Positions 46,142 through 57,700 of a DNA stretch of 64,000 nt are shown here, one piece after another. How positions within the stretch are numbered: position 1 is the first letter of the stretch; every line of letters begins with the position of its first letter. The stretch spans positions 496,001 to 560,000 of the forward strand of contig AP026146.1 of NCBI GenBank assembly GCA_030295235.1, in the 5' to 3' direction. This stretch comes from Fistulifera solaris. Its lineage: Eukaryota. A program made the position numbers and the translations under genes. The notes beneath the pieces are model-generated. The model was not told the DNA's origin, did not search any database, and saw only the letters and a program-made list of their open reading frames with translations.

Positions 46142-49100
46142 ATGGCAGCATCTGTTCCTTCGATGAAAGCTTATTTAGAAGAGATCAAAAGGAATTTTTG
46201 GATCATGAGGGCAAGCAGTTTACGGATTACATTTTGTGTCTCATCTGTCTCGAGGTATTGCAACGGGGCGTGATCGTTCCTATTACTAGCCATGATCCTT
46301 CCAAAATCGTGGCCGCGGCTCGTGATGCGGCAGGGAAAACCTTACTCGACCAACACTCATCTATTCCCAAGCCGGTATTAGCGGGGTCGGCGGTGATTGC
46401 GGGGAGACTTGCGGAAGCTGCCTGCCAATTCTATCAAGCAAATTTTCTCAAGGACATGGGTGCCTTCAAAAGGATGTGCAATCCGCCATTACGCGCTGCG
46501 GGGAGGTCAACGAGAAGCGACTGGCAGCCATTCTCCAGATTGTGCTTTATCAACCCGTCTCCGAGAATGACGCGAAAGTTATGCAATTTCTGTCGGTCCT
46601 TGCCGAGGGATATTACTATCGCGCCGCCAGTTTTCAGCCGGACGCGCCTCCCATGTGGAAAAGAGCGTGGGACGTGGCTGTGGAACGGCACAAAACGGAG
46701 CGACGTAGCGATATTTGGCAAAATCCGGAAACACCTTGGGAAATTGTGGTCCCTTTGGAACAGTTGTGTCGCATTGCCAGCAGCAAGGGAAACGAAGCTC
46801 GTGTTACCGAACTCAGCCTCACCTTGGCCGAAAGTGCCTTGGATGTCTCACATGCTCCCGAAAGCAATGATTCTCTTGGTAAATTGTTACGAGAACAATT
46901 CATTGCACCCTATCGCTCCATAGTGCCTGGCGATAGGTCAGAGGCACTCCAACTCGCGAGCGATGCGTTGCAGAAGGCTGCGAATGCATCGGCCGTAGAA
47001 CAATTTGCGTGGTCTGTTCTGGATGTACGGCTGCAATTGGAGCGGGAAGAAAACGAAATAGCGGAAACGGCCAAAATTATGCATACGAAAGCTGTTCATC
47101 GAGGAGAAAAACCCCTTACGCTGGAAAAATACCACATGATAGCTCAACAACAAGTCCTCGGATCCACTGCTTCCGATGACTCGATACTCAAGAAAGCAGC
47201 CCATATCAGAGACAAGATCTTTGTGGCGCTACTACAGACAGATAAAGATGAAGCTAGTATTTTGCGCTTTCGACAAGCGTGTTCATTCATTGGAGAAAAC
47301 TTCTGCGATCGCCTGACGATGCGCGCAAAATCGATATCTATATCGAAGAAAATGAGCAACGAGGTGATGTTGCAAGCGTGGCAGGATGTACTGGGCTTCA
47401 TTTTTCCTATTTTCGACTTTATACGATCTCAGTCCACTTGGAGTCACACTTCCAAAGAGATCGACCGTATTGCGGCTGTGAAGCTCTTCCTCGACTCAAC
47501 AATAGTGGAATTCAAAACGATGATTGAAAATATTGCGTATCTTTGTCCTTTGGCCGAATGGATGTCACAAGGGATGATTTCAGAAAATGAAGTCGAGTCG
47601 GATTACCATTTCGATCGAGTAATGCTCGTGTTGGTGCGAGACACCTTGGTGTTCTTGCATGCTGAAGCTACAGCCGATCACATTGAGAAGGGGGAGTCAG
47701 TTGTAGCGTCATCTGTGGGTATCAAACAAAGACGCTTGAAGAAGCTGGAAGTCAACATCGCTTGTTCTACTAACATGTTGGCTTTAAGTGGTATTTTTCT
47801 TGGCGAAACGCCTCGTTCGCTGGTAGATTCGGCAATCAATCGTATCAGTAGTCTGCCTGACGACGATACATGCATGGAGTTGGAAGGCTCTGGGATTTTG
47901 TGTCTTGATTTCTTCATCTGTTGGTGGGGACTCCAGCGCAGGCCATGGATGTTCTGTACATTACCCGAGTCTCGGACTATCACAAAGCGGGCACGACGGG
48001 CATTCAATGTTCTCCAAGAAAGTTGGGGCAGGCCATCTACTTTGCTTGAGCGCTGCTTGTTAGAACTAGGGGAAGCTGACGCAGAAGGAATACACTTCTC
48101 TGGTGGGCTTGCAGTGACCGCGGAAGCTGGCTATCAACGTGTTCAAAATGAGGCCAGGGGACTTTGTAACGACACTTTGAAGGAGCTACTCGTCGCAGTA
48201 AGTACAGCTGGACTAGCGGCTGTTCGGATCACGCAACTATCCATGGCAGTACTAGTCGCCGAAAGAGTTGCATCCTTTGTCCAGAATTTTCGAGAATCAT
48301 TACAACTTTGCATGAAATTGCTCAAGGATGGAGCCTCATGCAAAGTGCACATGTGGACCAATGAAAATGAGGTCCATAAATCTCTCGACTATCAAGTTGC
48401 TGCGTTACGACAGTTCTTGGCTAACGTTTTAATTGAAAGTGGAGATGAAGCTGCTGCTACAGAACTACTAGAAGCAGCAGTGCAAGATGCTCCAAACGAC
48501 GCAAGCGCTGCAACGGCTCTGGGAACGTTTAGGCTACGTATTATGCTTGTTTCCAAAGACTCTTCTGCCACAGAGACAAAAATCGCTCATGTCCAGCTGA
48601 TGAAGGCAGCAAGACTCGATAGTAGCAAATCAGATCCCTTTGCTTTGCTCGGATATTGGTATGAGACTCACGGGGATAAGCAACGAGCACTTCGGTGCTA
48701 CACCAAAGCGGCACTACTAGATCCATCACAGCCTGTAGCTGGGAGAGGTCTCCTACGTTTAGCCCAAGCTGACTCGTTGTTATCATCTATCGAAGAAGCC
48801 GTAAACACAGGATCCCCTTTGTCCGGATGGGCATGGCGTGTGATTGCGACCCGAAAGGCACAAGATGAAGGAAAGGACGACCTCGCCATCTTGTCATACC
48901 TCAACTGTCTGCGTTGCAGGGATGTCGACTGCCCCCAAAATGAGCCTCATGGGATGTTCTATTCCGATCCAACCAAGCCATGTTGCGCCCCTTCAATTGA
49001 AAAGTCTGTGATCTTAGGTGAGCTCGCGAATTGCTATAGACGACTCGGACGCTTCACAGCATCTATAAGAACGTTTCGTGTCGCTATCGAGGAAGGAGGC

Positions 49101-50845
49101 GAGCATGTCCTTCCGTCTATCTATTGCGGTTGTGGTCAAGGTAAGAAAAACGAGCATGCTGAAATTCAAAAAGCGGACCGCTCACGCCTTAATTTTAGTG
49201 GAATTGGAGCTGGGGTTATATGCAGACGCAAACAGCAATTTTCAGAAGGCAGCACAGGGGGCCGACTCAACGGAATTAGCATGGGCTATGTACGGTCAAG
49301 GAGTATCATTTCTTGCACTGGCTCAACGTGACTTTCATCAGGAAAAGTTCGGATCAGCTTTTACTATGCTGAAGCAGGGAATTGAATCGTGTGGTACGCC
49401 CTTCCAGCACCTCTCTATGTCATTCAGCAAACTCCTTGGCGATCTCTACACATTTGGAGCGTCGCTCCCGAGCGATGTTTTTGTTGGCTTTGAAGAGGAA
49501 AAGCACGACGAAACGGAATGTAAACTCGCTTTTGTAGCAAAAGGAGAAGCAGCGTTTTTACAAGCCATCGAAACGCACACTAACTGGGAAGGCGAAGATA
49601 AGGCACTTCTTGAGGCATCACTTTTGTCTGACCTTGCAACGAATAAATTACTCCGGGCTCAGATTTTGATAAGCACCAGCTACGACATAGAAAAAGGAAA
49701 ACAACTGTTCGAAGAGGCAGCTGAAGTGTTTCGCCAAGCAATCGGTATCTACCCTCAGAATCCAGCCGCCTGGTGTGGACTAGGGTCATCAGTCTTTAAC
49801 TCTGATCCTCTTTTAGCGCAGCATGCGTTTTGCCAAAGCATTGATCTTGAAAATCAATTTCAAGATGCGTATGCTAATCTGAGTTTCCTGTACACAGAGA
49901 ATGGCGCATTGTCGCAAAGTGCTAATGTATCGAATGCTCTGACTCAAGTAGCGGACACACCTATGATGTGGATTAACCGGGCATTGATTTTGGAACGCGA
50001 AGTGGCGACTGAATCAAGCGGCTCGGAACTCGAACGAAAGCTGAGTCAAGCGGCAGATGCGTACATGGCATCCTTGCAAGTGGAAAGAAATGCAAGGGCA
50101 ATTTGTGGCGCAGCAGTTACAAAGAGGGCAAGTTCGAACGGCAGTAGAGACAACAATAAAGTTGAAATACGCTACGATTCTTTCTGCTTGTCAGCAGAAT
50201 ATCACAAAGGCATTCGATCAGATGATACACGCGCCGCGCTTCTCCACCAGCTTCTGTCTTGGGAGATGGATGAGCAAAAACGCTGTGTGCAAGGAGAAAA
50301 TCCTTCTACAAGTCATTCAAACCAAATCGAAGCAAGTATTGACAAACTTGGAAATGAGGCCTTTTCTAGAGATTATATCAAATCAATTGAGTCATTCATT
50401 AAAGAGCGACCGACGGTAGAAGGCAACGTTGTAGCATGTCACCATCCTAATCACACCGAACTTTCATCGTCTCGAAAAATTATTCACAACCCTACAAAAG
50501 GGGGAGATGTGGTTGGCTCTCGCGGAAAAGCTAATTTCAGATAGTCATGGTGATAACAGACGAGACCATCTTGACGCTGCGCTGACCGCAACCGATCGTG
50601 CAGTTTATATGATGCGAAGTCAACTAGCGAGGTCCGTAGACAGCCCACTTTCCTCAACAAGAGTCAACGCCAAAGATCTTTCTGGCGCTCTTGCACTGAA
50701 ATATTGGCTTGAAAACATTTTCGACGGTTTCTCCGCTAGCAAATCCCCTCGATCAAATAACGAAGCGCTACAAATGTCATTGATGATGTATCCGAATAAC
50801 ATCACAGGGCGAGAAGCTTTTAAACTACAAAGTATTGAAACTTGA
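46142..50845 (+). CDS. SKI3: Large TPR protein, SKI3/TTC37-like (intron 49141-49198, several frameshifts)
   Basis: AARLD....PFALLGYWY...RALRCYTKAALLDP, GWAWR, AWCGLG, LAQHAFCQSI, AYANLSFLY. Confidence 0.7.
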
Positions 50846-51680
50846 TCCATTAGTCGAAAGTGAAAAGCACCGAGTAGCGTGTTACCACCCTAGAAAACAT
50901 CTCTTTTATAAAGAAACGACAAGGTTAGCTTTCATGCAAAATTCGTTTAAAAACATGTCGGTCAAGTACTGACAAGAAACTTGTGGGCAGAAACGAACAG
51001 CTACCCAGACGAATCCGGGCTGTTTCACAAAAACTGCGAAGCAAGCGCTGTTCGTAGCTTCACGTTGCATAATGCACCGCGCAGTTTTCTTGCTAATATC
51101 CTCTACCAATCATTCTAGCACCCGCATGAAGGACTCCACGTATGACGATAGTCAAAACGACCGACCGTGGATCCGAAAAAGGATGCATTTTTCTCCATAG
51201 GGCCAAAATCGGTTGTTTACTCACCTTCATCGCTTTTCAAACCTAATTCATAAAAAAGGCATCGAAAAGTGAGAGACAGAAAGACATCGCAATTCGACAG
51301 TGCTGCATTGTGTTGGAAAGATATTAGCGAACGAAAGGATTGCGAACCAGTCGACGCTAGCGATCTCGTCCTATATTGATTTTGCATCATTCATTGTCAA
51401 ACAAGTCGGCTCCATGGGAATTGACTTTCCCGGGAGTGTTGTAGAACAAATGCATTCACGCAGCTGGTCGACTCTGAAATTTAAGCATATAAAGATTGGG
51501 CTTTCATGGATGAAACTACGTGATCAAGAAAAAGTCTTTCGTCCTCGTCGCTTTGCTACTGCAGTCTTTGTTACTCTGGCAAAGAATAAAGAGCAGAAAC
51601 TCACCTTCGTCACTTTTGATTTCGAAGTGCCCGCACTTATGAAGTAACTGATTGCTTTAGTGGTCGCTCAAGAATACCTG

Positions 51681-52168
51681 TTATCTGGGCTGACGCTCGA
51701 TGAGGGGAGCATATCCTAAAACGGCAGCTTCTCTCGGAAAGTAGAGCCTCAACCAAATACCCAGCATACCGCCGTATTCGCGATCAAGAATGATACCGGC
51801 TACTACACAGAGAGTAACATAGACCGCAAAGTTCATCTTTTGATAGGGTGTGAAGGCGTACTCTCCCTGGTCGCCATTATCATCGGGCAAAGAAGAAGAT
51901 GAGGGCATGGACTGAATCGTTTGAATTTTCTTACAATCACCCTTTGCATTATTGCTGCTGTTTTCGTTTTCAAACTTCACAAAACCGTCTTGATTGATGC
52001 CTTGTTTAACACAACAGAGATAAAATGAATGAGTCGGTGGTAAAATAAGTATTGCCTCCCTGCTTCCCAAGAACAATCCCTACCTGGAAACAGCAAGAGC
52101 GTCGTCAAAATGACAAAACCGATTCCTATACCACTGTTAAACCAAAGAATCAAGTCCGTATTGATCAT
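51681..52168 (-). CDS. Small two-TM protein of unknown function (one probable intron, about 52083-52002)
   Basis: Exon 1 is hydrophobic (MINTDLILWF...LLLFP), followed by a GT-AG intron. Exon 2 carries NFAVYVTLCVVAGIIL...YFPREA. Confidence 0.55.
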
Positions 52169-52730
52169 AGTAACAATGTTGTTGTGCAAATGAACCACCG
52201 CAACAAAAACTATTGGTAATTTTGGGGCCACCCGAACGCTCGAAGACCAGACGACCAGACGCTACGCGAAACTAAGGCCAAGCGTCCTCAAGTTTATTAC
52301 TCCGTATAAAACCGCAGATAGTCGTCCTCGGCTAGCCTAAACTCAAGTTTTAGAGAGATATTAAATATCGTATGCTCTATAGTGTGGATTAGCAACACCC
52401 TCGCAACTTGCATTATCATTCCGAACCCTTCCACGGTGCGCAACGTGAAATTAATTTGCCGTGAAATTTACTTGAGATCAATGACAGACAAGAATGAAAG
52501 GTGTCTTTTGGGGTTCTTGTTTGAGAATAGTGGGAATTTGTCGATTGTGAATTGTTGGAAATCAGCGGATTTACGGGGGTCGATCAACAAATTCTTTTTC
52601 TTGGGATGATCCTCGTGCGGCACTCACAGCGCCCTATTCCAAAGACAAAAGCAAACCTAATCAAATCGGTACGGAAAGGGTGAAACCCAGCCTTTTCGAA
52701 AACGCCTTCCAGCGTATTCGGTGACAGAAA

Positions 52731-53055
52731 TCATTGTTTTTCGTTCCGTGTGCGCAGTGCCTCAATATAGCCTTCATTCTCTTTGTTGATGGCACTGATT
52801 GACGTCTCTAGAACCATCCGCTTTTCAGCAAGTGCGTGAAATTTCTCTTGTATACTTTTACTGGCAGTTTCGAGAGATTGTATTCGTTCGAGTAGTTCTC
52901 TTGTGTCGACAACTACGTCACTGTGAGGCAAGCAAAAGGTGAGAAACGGTTTTCTAATTCAAGAAACGTCTCCATTTTTAAAGACATCATAAATCTCACC
53001 TCAAGTCAGTATTTGTTTCGTCGGCGCGAATTTCCTTCGCCTTTATTGCTGACAT
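52731..53055 (-). CDS. Small coiled-coil protein of about 81 aa (intron 52999-52921)
   Basis: MSAIKAKEIRADETNTDLS splices in frame (GTGAG...CACAG) to DVVVDTRELLERIQSLE...EGYIEAL. Confidence 0.6.
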
Positions 53056-53918
53056 TTGAGCCGACAATTGTTCGAGTGACTGACACCATATTCTGGTAAT
53101 CTCTTCGATGCTAGTTTCCCTTGTCATAACTTCAATTAGCAGTCAGCGAAAACAGATACCACAATTTCGAAAAGAAAAGGAAAGGTTCAATTTACTATGT
53201 TAGGATCGAAGAAATGCTTGCAATGCGTAGTTAGTGTTCTATCATCATTATTTATCATCATTGCCGCCAGAAAATAAACGGCGAAAAAATGATCTAAAAC
53301 CTGTCGTAGTCGCACAGTATGGTTACAGGTTATTGAAAGGACATTCAATCCATTCAAGCTCAAGCCTACTGTATTCGAGTATATTGCCTTATTCTTTTAT
53401 TGCGATGCGACAACGAAGCAGAAACCCAGCACCCAGCACCTCCTTTGGCGCACCTCCACGAGTACGCGGGACAGGATTTCAGTCGAGTCATTCATCCCCC
53501 CGATTGATTGATGATTATTGCATGTTTGATGTTTACCAGTATTTTCTCATTACCTGGTAACGTGTGAGTGAGATTGCTGTACCGTCGATTGTTACTTGGA
53601 ACATTTTATCAATGTTAATAGGGGAAAAATGAGGCGTTGAAGATTTTTTATGTTTTTGACTTAAAAAGTCAAGGAAGAGTGACCTCGGAATTTTCAGGAG
53701 CGAATCAGATTCTCTTTCGAGGTGGGTATCTTCGCACTTTCATGGACCAATGAAAAGGCAGCATCCTCATCAAAATGCTTCGCTGTCGAATACAGGAAAA
53801 TCGAAGCTTCATAAGTAAAGAAAAAAGTGCTGATGACATTCATCACAATCTACCCCAGGATCGAAACAGCGGGAGAGGAAGACCTATAGACCGAGCTGCG
53901 ACATACGTCATTGCTAGT

Positions 53919-55001
53919 ATGAGATCGGTCGATCTAGTTGATGAGCTAAGTGCTTCATTGCATAGACAATGCTTGGGAGACGACCAAGGAAAGTTCTGCA
54001 AGCTCCCTCCTCCCACGAAACGATTCAAGGAGGAACTCGATAAGACTGGTTTTACCATATTCAAACCGATATCTGACTTGGGTTTCTACGAATGGGAACC
54101 TGATCTTGAAGATCACAGCCAGCTTGGCGATATTTCAGCGAACGAAATTAAACGGCAGCTTCATGTGAGAGGTAAACCGGCCCGTCTGATCAATCTGCGA
54201 ACCATTAGACTCCCCATTTCGTTTCCCGACCTTTCGCCGCAAATTTATGAGAACAAATACCCCTTGGCACGTTGTGAAGTTGCGGGAATCCATGTCGCGA
54301 CCAAGGTCAGAGGTCTCAAGCTGACAGACATTGACTTTGTGTTCTTCGGCGGGTCAACACTGTCAATGCTAGCGACTCAGAATGAAAGTCAGAAAACGTA
54401 TCTTGTCACCAAGATTCCTGGTACTTCCGTCGGTATCGTTGCCAAGGATGAAAATTACAGTTTTAATCTTGCTGACCCTGGTTTTCAGTTTGAGCGTCTT
54501 GTAACGGGTAGGCCGGTGGATGAAATGGAAGAACCGACCTTTGTGGAACACATGCAGGTAATGGAAGTCGGCGTGTACACGATTCTCTTCATCGCCAAGG
54601 TCGATGCATTGAAGGACGGTGAGCCAGTTGAGGTCACTTTCTCTAATCCATTTTACTGGGACATTAAGCAATGCTTGCAATGCGTCAGCACCGGGAGTGC
54701 AATTTTAATTCACGGTAGGAAGAATAGAGAAAATGATGGCGAGCACCGAGGCCGATTGGATTCTATTTCGATAAAGACTCTCAGACGACTTTACGAAGCT
54801 AAGTCAGACAAGTTGAAGGAAGCAGAAGGCGATATCGTCCGATCTCTTGATGATTTGAAGCAGCAACTTGACGTTTGTAAAGATTGCAAAGACTATGAAA
54901 TCATCTTCTCGATGGAGGGACATCTGGAGCTGCAAGCTAAATCTGGATCATCGAAATTGCTACCTTCGTCTAACGTTGTAGATGCACTAATTGTCGTATG
55001 A
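53919..55001 (+). CDS. Divergent DXO/Rai1-like protein, copy 2
   Basis: Colinear with 18868-19926: RF.EELDKTGFTIF.PISDLGF.EW.PDL, GGSTLSMLA, YLVTKIPGTSVG, GFQFER, DALKDGEPVEV. ATG 53919 aligns with the start of copy 1. Confidence 0.65.
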   Translation: MRSVDLVDELSASLHRQCLGDDQGKFCKLPPPTKRFKEELDKTGFTIFKPISDLGFYEWEPDLEDHSQLGDISANEIKRQLHVRGKPARLINLRTIRLPISFPDLSPQIYENKYPLARCEVAGIHVATKVRGLKLTDIDFVFFGGSTLSMLATQNESQKTYLVTKIPGTSVGIVAKDENYSFNLADPGFQFERLVTGRPVDEMEEPTFVEHMQVMEVGVYTILFIAKVDALKDGEPVEVTFSNPFYWDIKQCLQCVSTGSAILIHGRKNRENDGEHRGRLDSISIKTLRRLYEAKSDKLKEAEGDIVRSLDDLKQQLDVCKDCKDYEIIFSMEGHLELQAKSGSSKLLPSSNVVDALIVV

Positions 55002-56532
55002 TTCTGTCGATTTTCACCTCTACGTTCAATAAAAACATCCTACAACGGCTTATTTTTTATAGACATTAAATACGCCGGTTGTTGCCAAAGCAAAAGAAAC
55101 GGATCATAGTAGGTTACAGAACGAAGCCGATAGTTACCATGTTCCAGCAAGAGAAGTTCTAATTTATGCTTACCTGGGTACTAAAGGGTTCAAGTTGGTA
55201 TGGCGCGATAGCAGCATAAGAGGAAAAAGACGTGTATCGAAGTGCTCGCGAAACGGGTTGGGTTCGCACCGCAAATAAGGGGCACTGAGGTTTTCAAGAA
55301 CTAATCGTAAGCTGACGTTGCTGTCATTCATAAAGGGTAGTCAGGATCGCAACCGCCGGTGATAGGATGGTACAAGTTCCCCAGCGATCCGAGACGAAAC
55401 AAAGCATTATCTACTTTGTCAGAATCAGTCATCATGAGCAACGTCGAAGCGATTGAAGAATGAAACGCATCCTTTCAGAAGCAATGCTTGAAAGAGATCT
55501 CTGAGAAACCATTGATACTCCCACCGCCTTCAACAAAATATCAGCGGATGAAATGAAGCGACAGCACTACGCTCTCAAGGAAAACCTGCTCGTCTGAAGG
55601 ATACGCGAAAGATTCTATAGTTCCGTTTGTTTTTTTGTCGGGTTCGTCGCTCGTGAGAGTTTAAGGTCAGGGAATATATTCATCGGCGCTGGGGGTCCAG
55701 ATTCCCGATCATCGATCATCCATTTATCGCGTCGCTTTACCACCATTATTTTCATTGTAACACTCATGAGGACTGACGTACATACCGAATAACATTATTC
55801 GACATCGATTTGAATTCAAAACGTCAAGAAGAGGAACGATTCAACGCTTCCAAAGTCTACGTAAAATTTACCGGCTTCGTAGGAATTTCAAAATAATCCA
55901 TCTATCGGGTCTGTTTGTCATCATTTTCAGTTGTTTAAAAATTATTATCGGCACAGACAAGACTCACTAAATTCAAGTCGTCAAAGAAATGAAATAATCA
56001 AAGAAAGGAAAGATGCAATTGTTGCGAATGTCGAATGTCTACAAGAATTTCTTGTGGGTCGATTAGGGTTAGGGAAATTTATCTAAAAAATGGGAAACCC
56101 GGATATTATGAAGTCGGAAAGTGCATCAGGGTTAAATAATGTTTGTTACATGGGTTGGTTATTAGCAACTTCATGCACCGTATCGGACACGTCACCAGAG
56201 TTGCTGACGTAGCAGTATCTTTCATTTATTTTATTCATTGCTATAGATTGTATTGAATGCGTTCTGGCATTATGGTACAGTTTAAGCGTTTCACAGGGCA
56301 TGGCGTTCACTGAAGTATATTGTGGTACTGGGTAGATGAGCGACGTCATCCGGTCCACTCGAAGCTCCTTCCTGATGAAATTGGCGCGCTCACCTGTTCA
56401 TCACGGTCGTCCTCAATGCCGACCTTTTTCGACGCAACAACCGGTGGTCCTTGTTGTTGCAGCAATAAAGGAAGAACTCTCCACAATCTACTACCAGTAC
56501 TCTCCTCTTGTACGAATCTTTTTGACACAATA

Positions 56533-57314
56533 ATGAAGACCTTTGCTGTAGCCGCTGTGGCCCTTGCTGCTTCTCTCGGAGCCGAGGCCTTCTCGACTGG
56601 ATCCCTTTCAAGTCAGCGTCCGTCTTTGACGGTTGTCAACGGTGTGAGTGTTTCTTGTTGCATAGATCCGCAAATGCGTATATAGTAGTCTCACAAAAGT
56701 CAACTTATTACATGCAGTACGTTCCGGACGGTTTCACACCCGAGTCGTACAAAAAGTTCAAGGAGGAGGAGAGAAAAAAGAATGAAAAGAAAAATTTGGG
56801 TCGAGTGGGCCCCAAAGGATTCAAGTCGCGCAGGTAGGTTGGCGAGGCTTTCATTCTTGTTAGTTCTACTTCAATAAAATCTAAGTTCCCTGGCAGCTTT
56901 CAATCCTTCCAAGAAGCACTTGAGCGCGGAGAAGCCACTCACTTACTGCCCGTCATGAATGCGAAAGAGCGTGTCAAGAAGGGAGAATTGAAATGGGAAG
57001 ATATTCCGTACATGCAACGAGGAGGATCATGGGACAACAGTGACGTGAAAGGAGCCAAGAAAGTGCGCTGGTTGCAATCCGACAAGGAGTACGCGAACGG
57101 AGGATATTTGAAAGAGCAATCGGTGTCGATTTTCGGTTATGGGCAAGGTTTGGACTGGACCGGAACACGCTCTCGTTCGGGCCCCGCAGAATCCGTTCCC
57201 GGCGCGGCTCCCAAGTTTGCGAAAAACTACAAGGCCCCGAATGTCAACAGTATGAAAGGCGTCCAAGCGTCCAAGGAAGAAACGCCCAAAAAGAAGTTTT
57301 TTGGACTCTTTTAA
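56533..57314 (+). CDS. Plastid-targeted basic protein of unknown function (two introns)
   Basis: Signal peptide ending AEA-F. Exons YVPDGFTPESYKK...GFKSR and SFQSFQEALERG...IPYMQRGGSWDNSD...KKFFGLF are joined by GT-AG introns at about 56644-56717 and 56834-56895. Confidence 0.8.
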
Positions 57315-57700
57315 AAACGAAAGGGTTTTGGTTTTTTTATGGTGATTTTTGATCGACAATCTAACATTACTGGTTGTTAGTCAGGCATTTCTTTTCATTT
57401 AATATGAATGATTGGAGTTCTTTGGAGCTGCTTTTGTTTTGTTTACTATAGTACAAACTCATTCATGTTCATCATCGCCTTTTTTCATTCTTCTATTCGA
57501 TCCTCCTTGAACTATCTTACCGGTACCGTATCTTCAAGAGCAACCTCCGGGTACTTTTCTACAGAATACATCGACAGTCGACAGTGCATTCTCCAGGCAA
57601 CGAGCAGAGAAATCGCATTCGAAAACTTTTTCTGTTGCCTTGCACTAAAAGGATTCGAATAACTATTATTCAACCGAGCAACCTCTAATTGAGCAGGATC

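Noticed and set aside
51300..51647. 115-aa ORF between SKI3 and the small membrane gene
   Set aside because: Non-ATG start and no recognisable motif, so it cannot be supported as a gene.
56063..56074. TTAGGGTTAGGG telomere-like sequence
   Set aside because: Only two units. At most a telo-box-like promoter motif, and compatible with chance.
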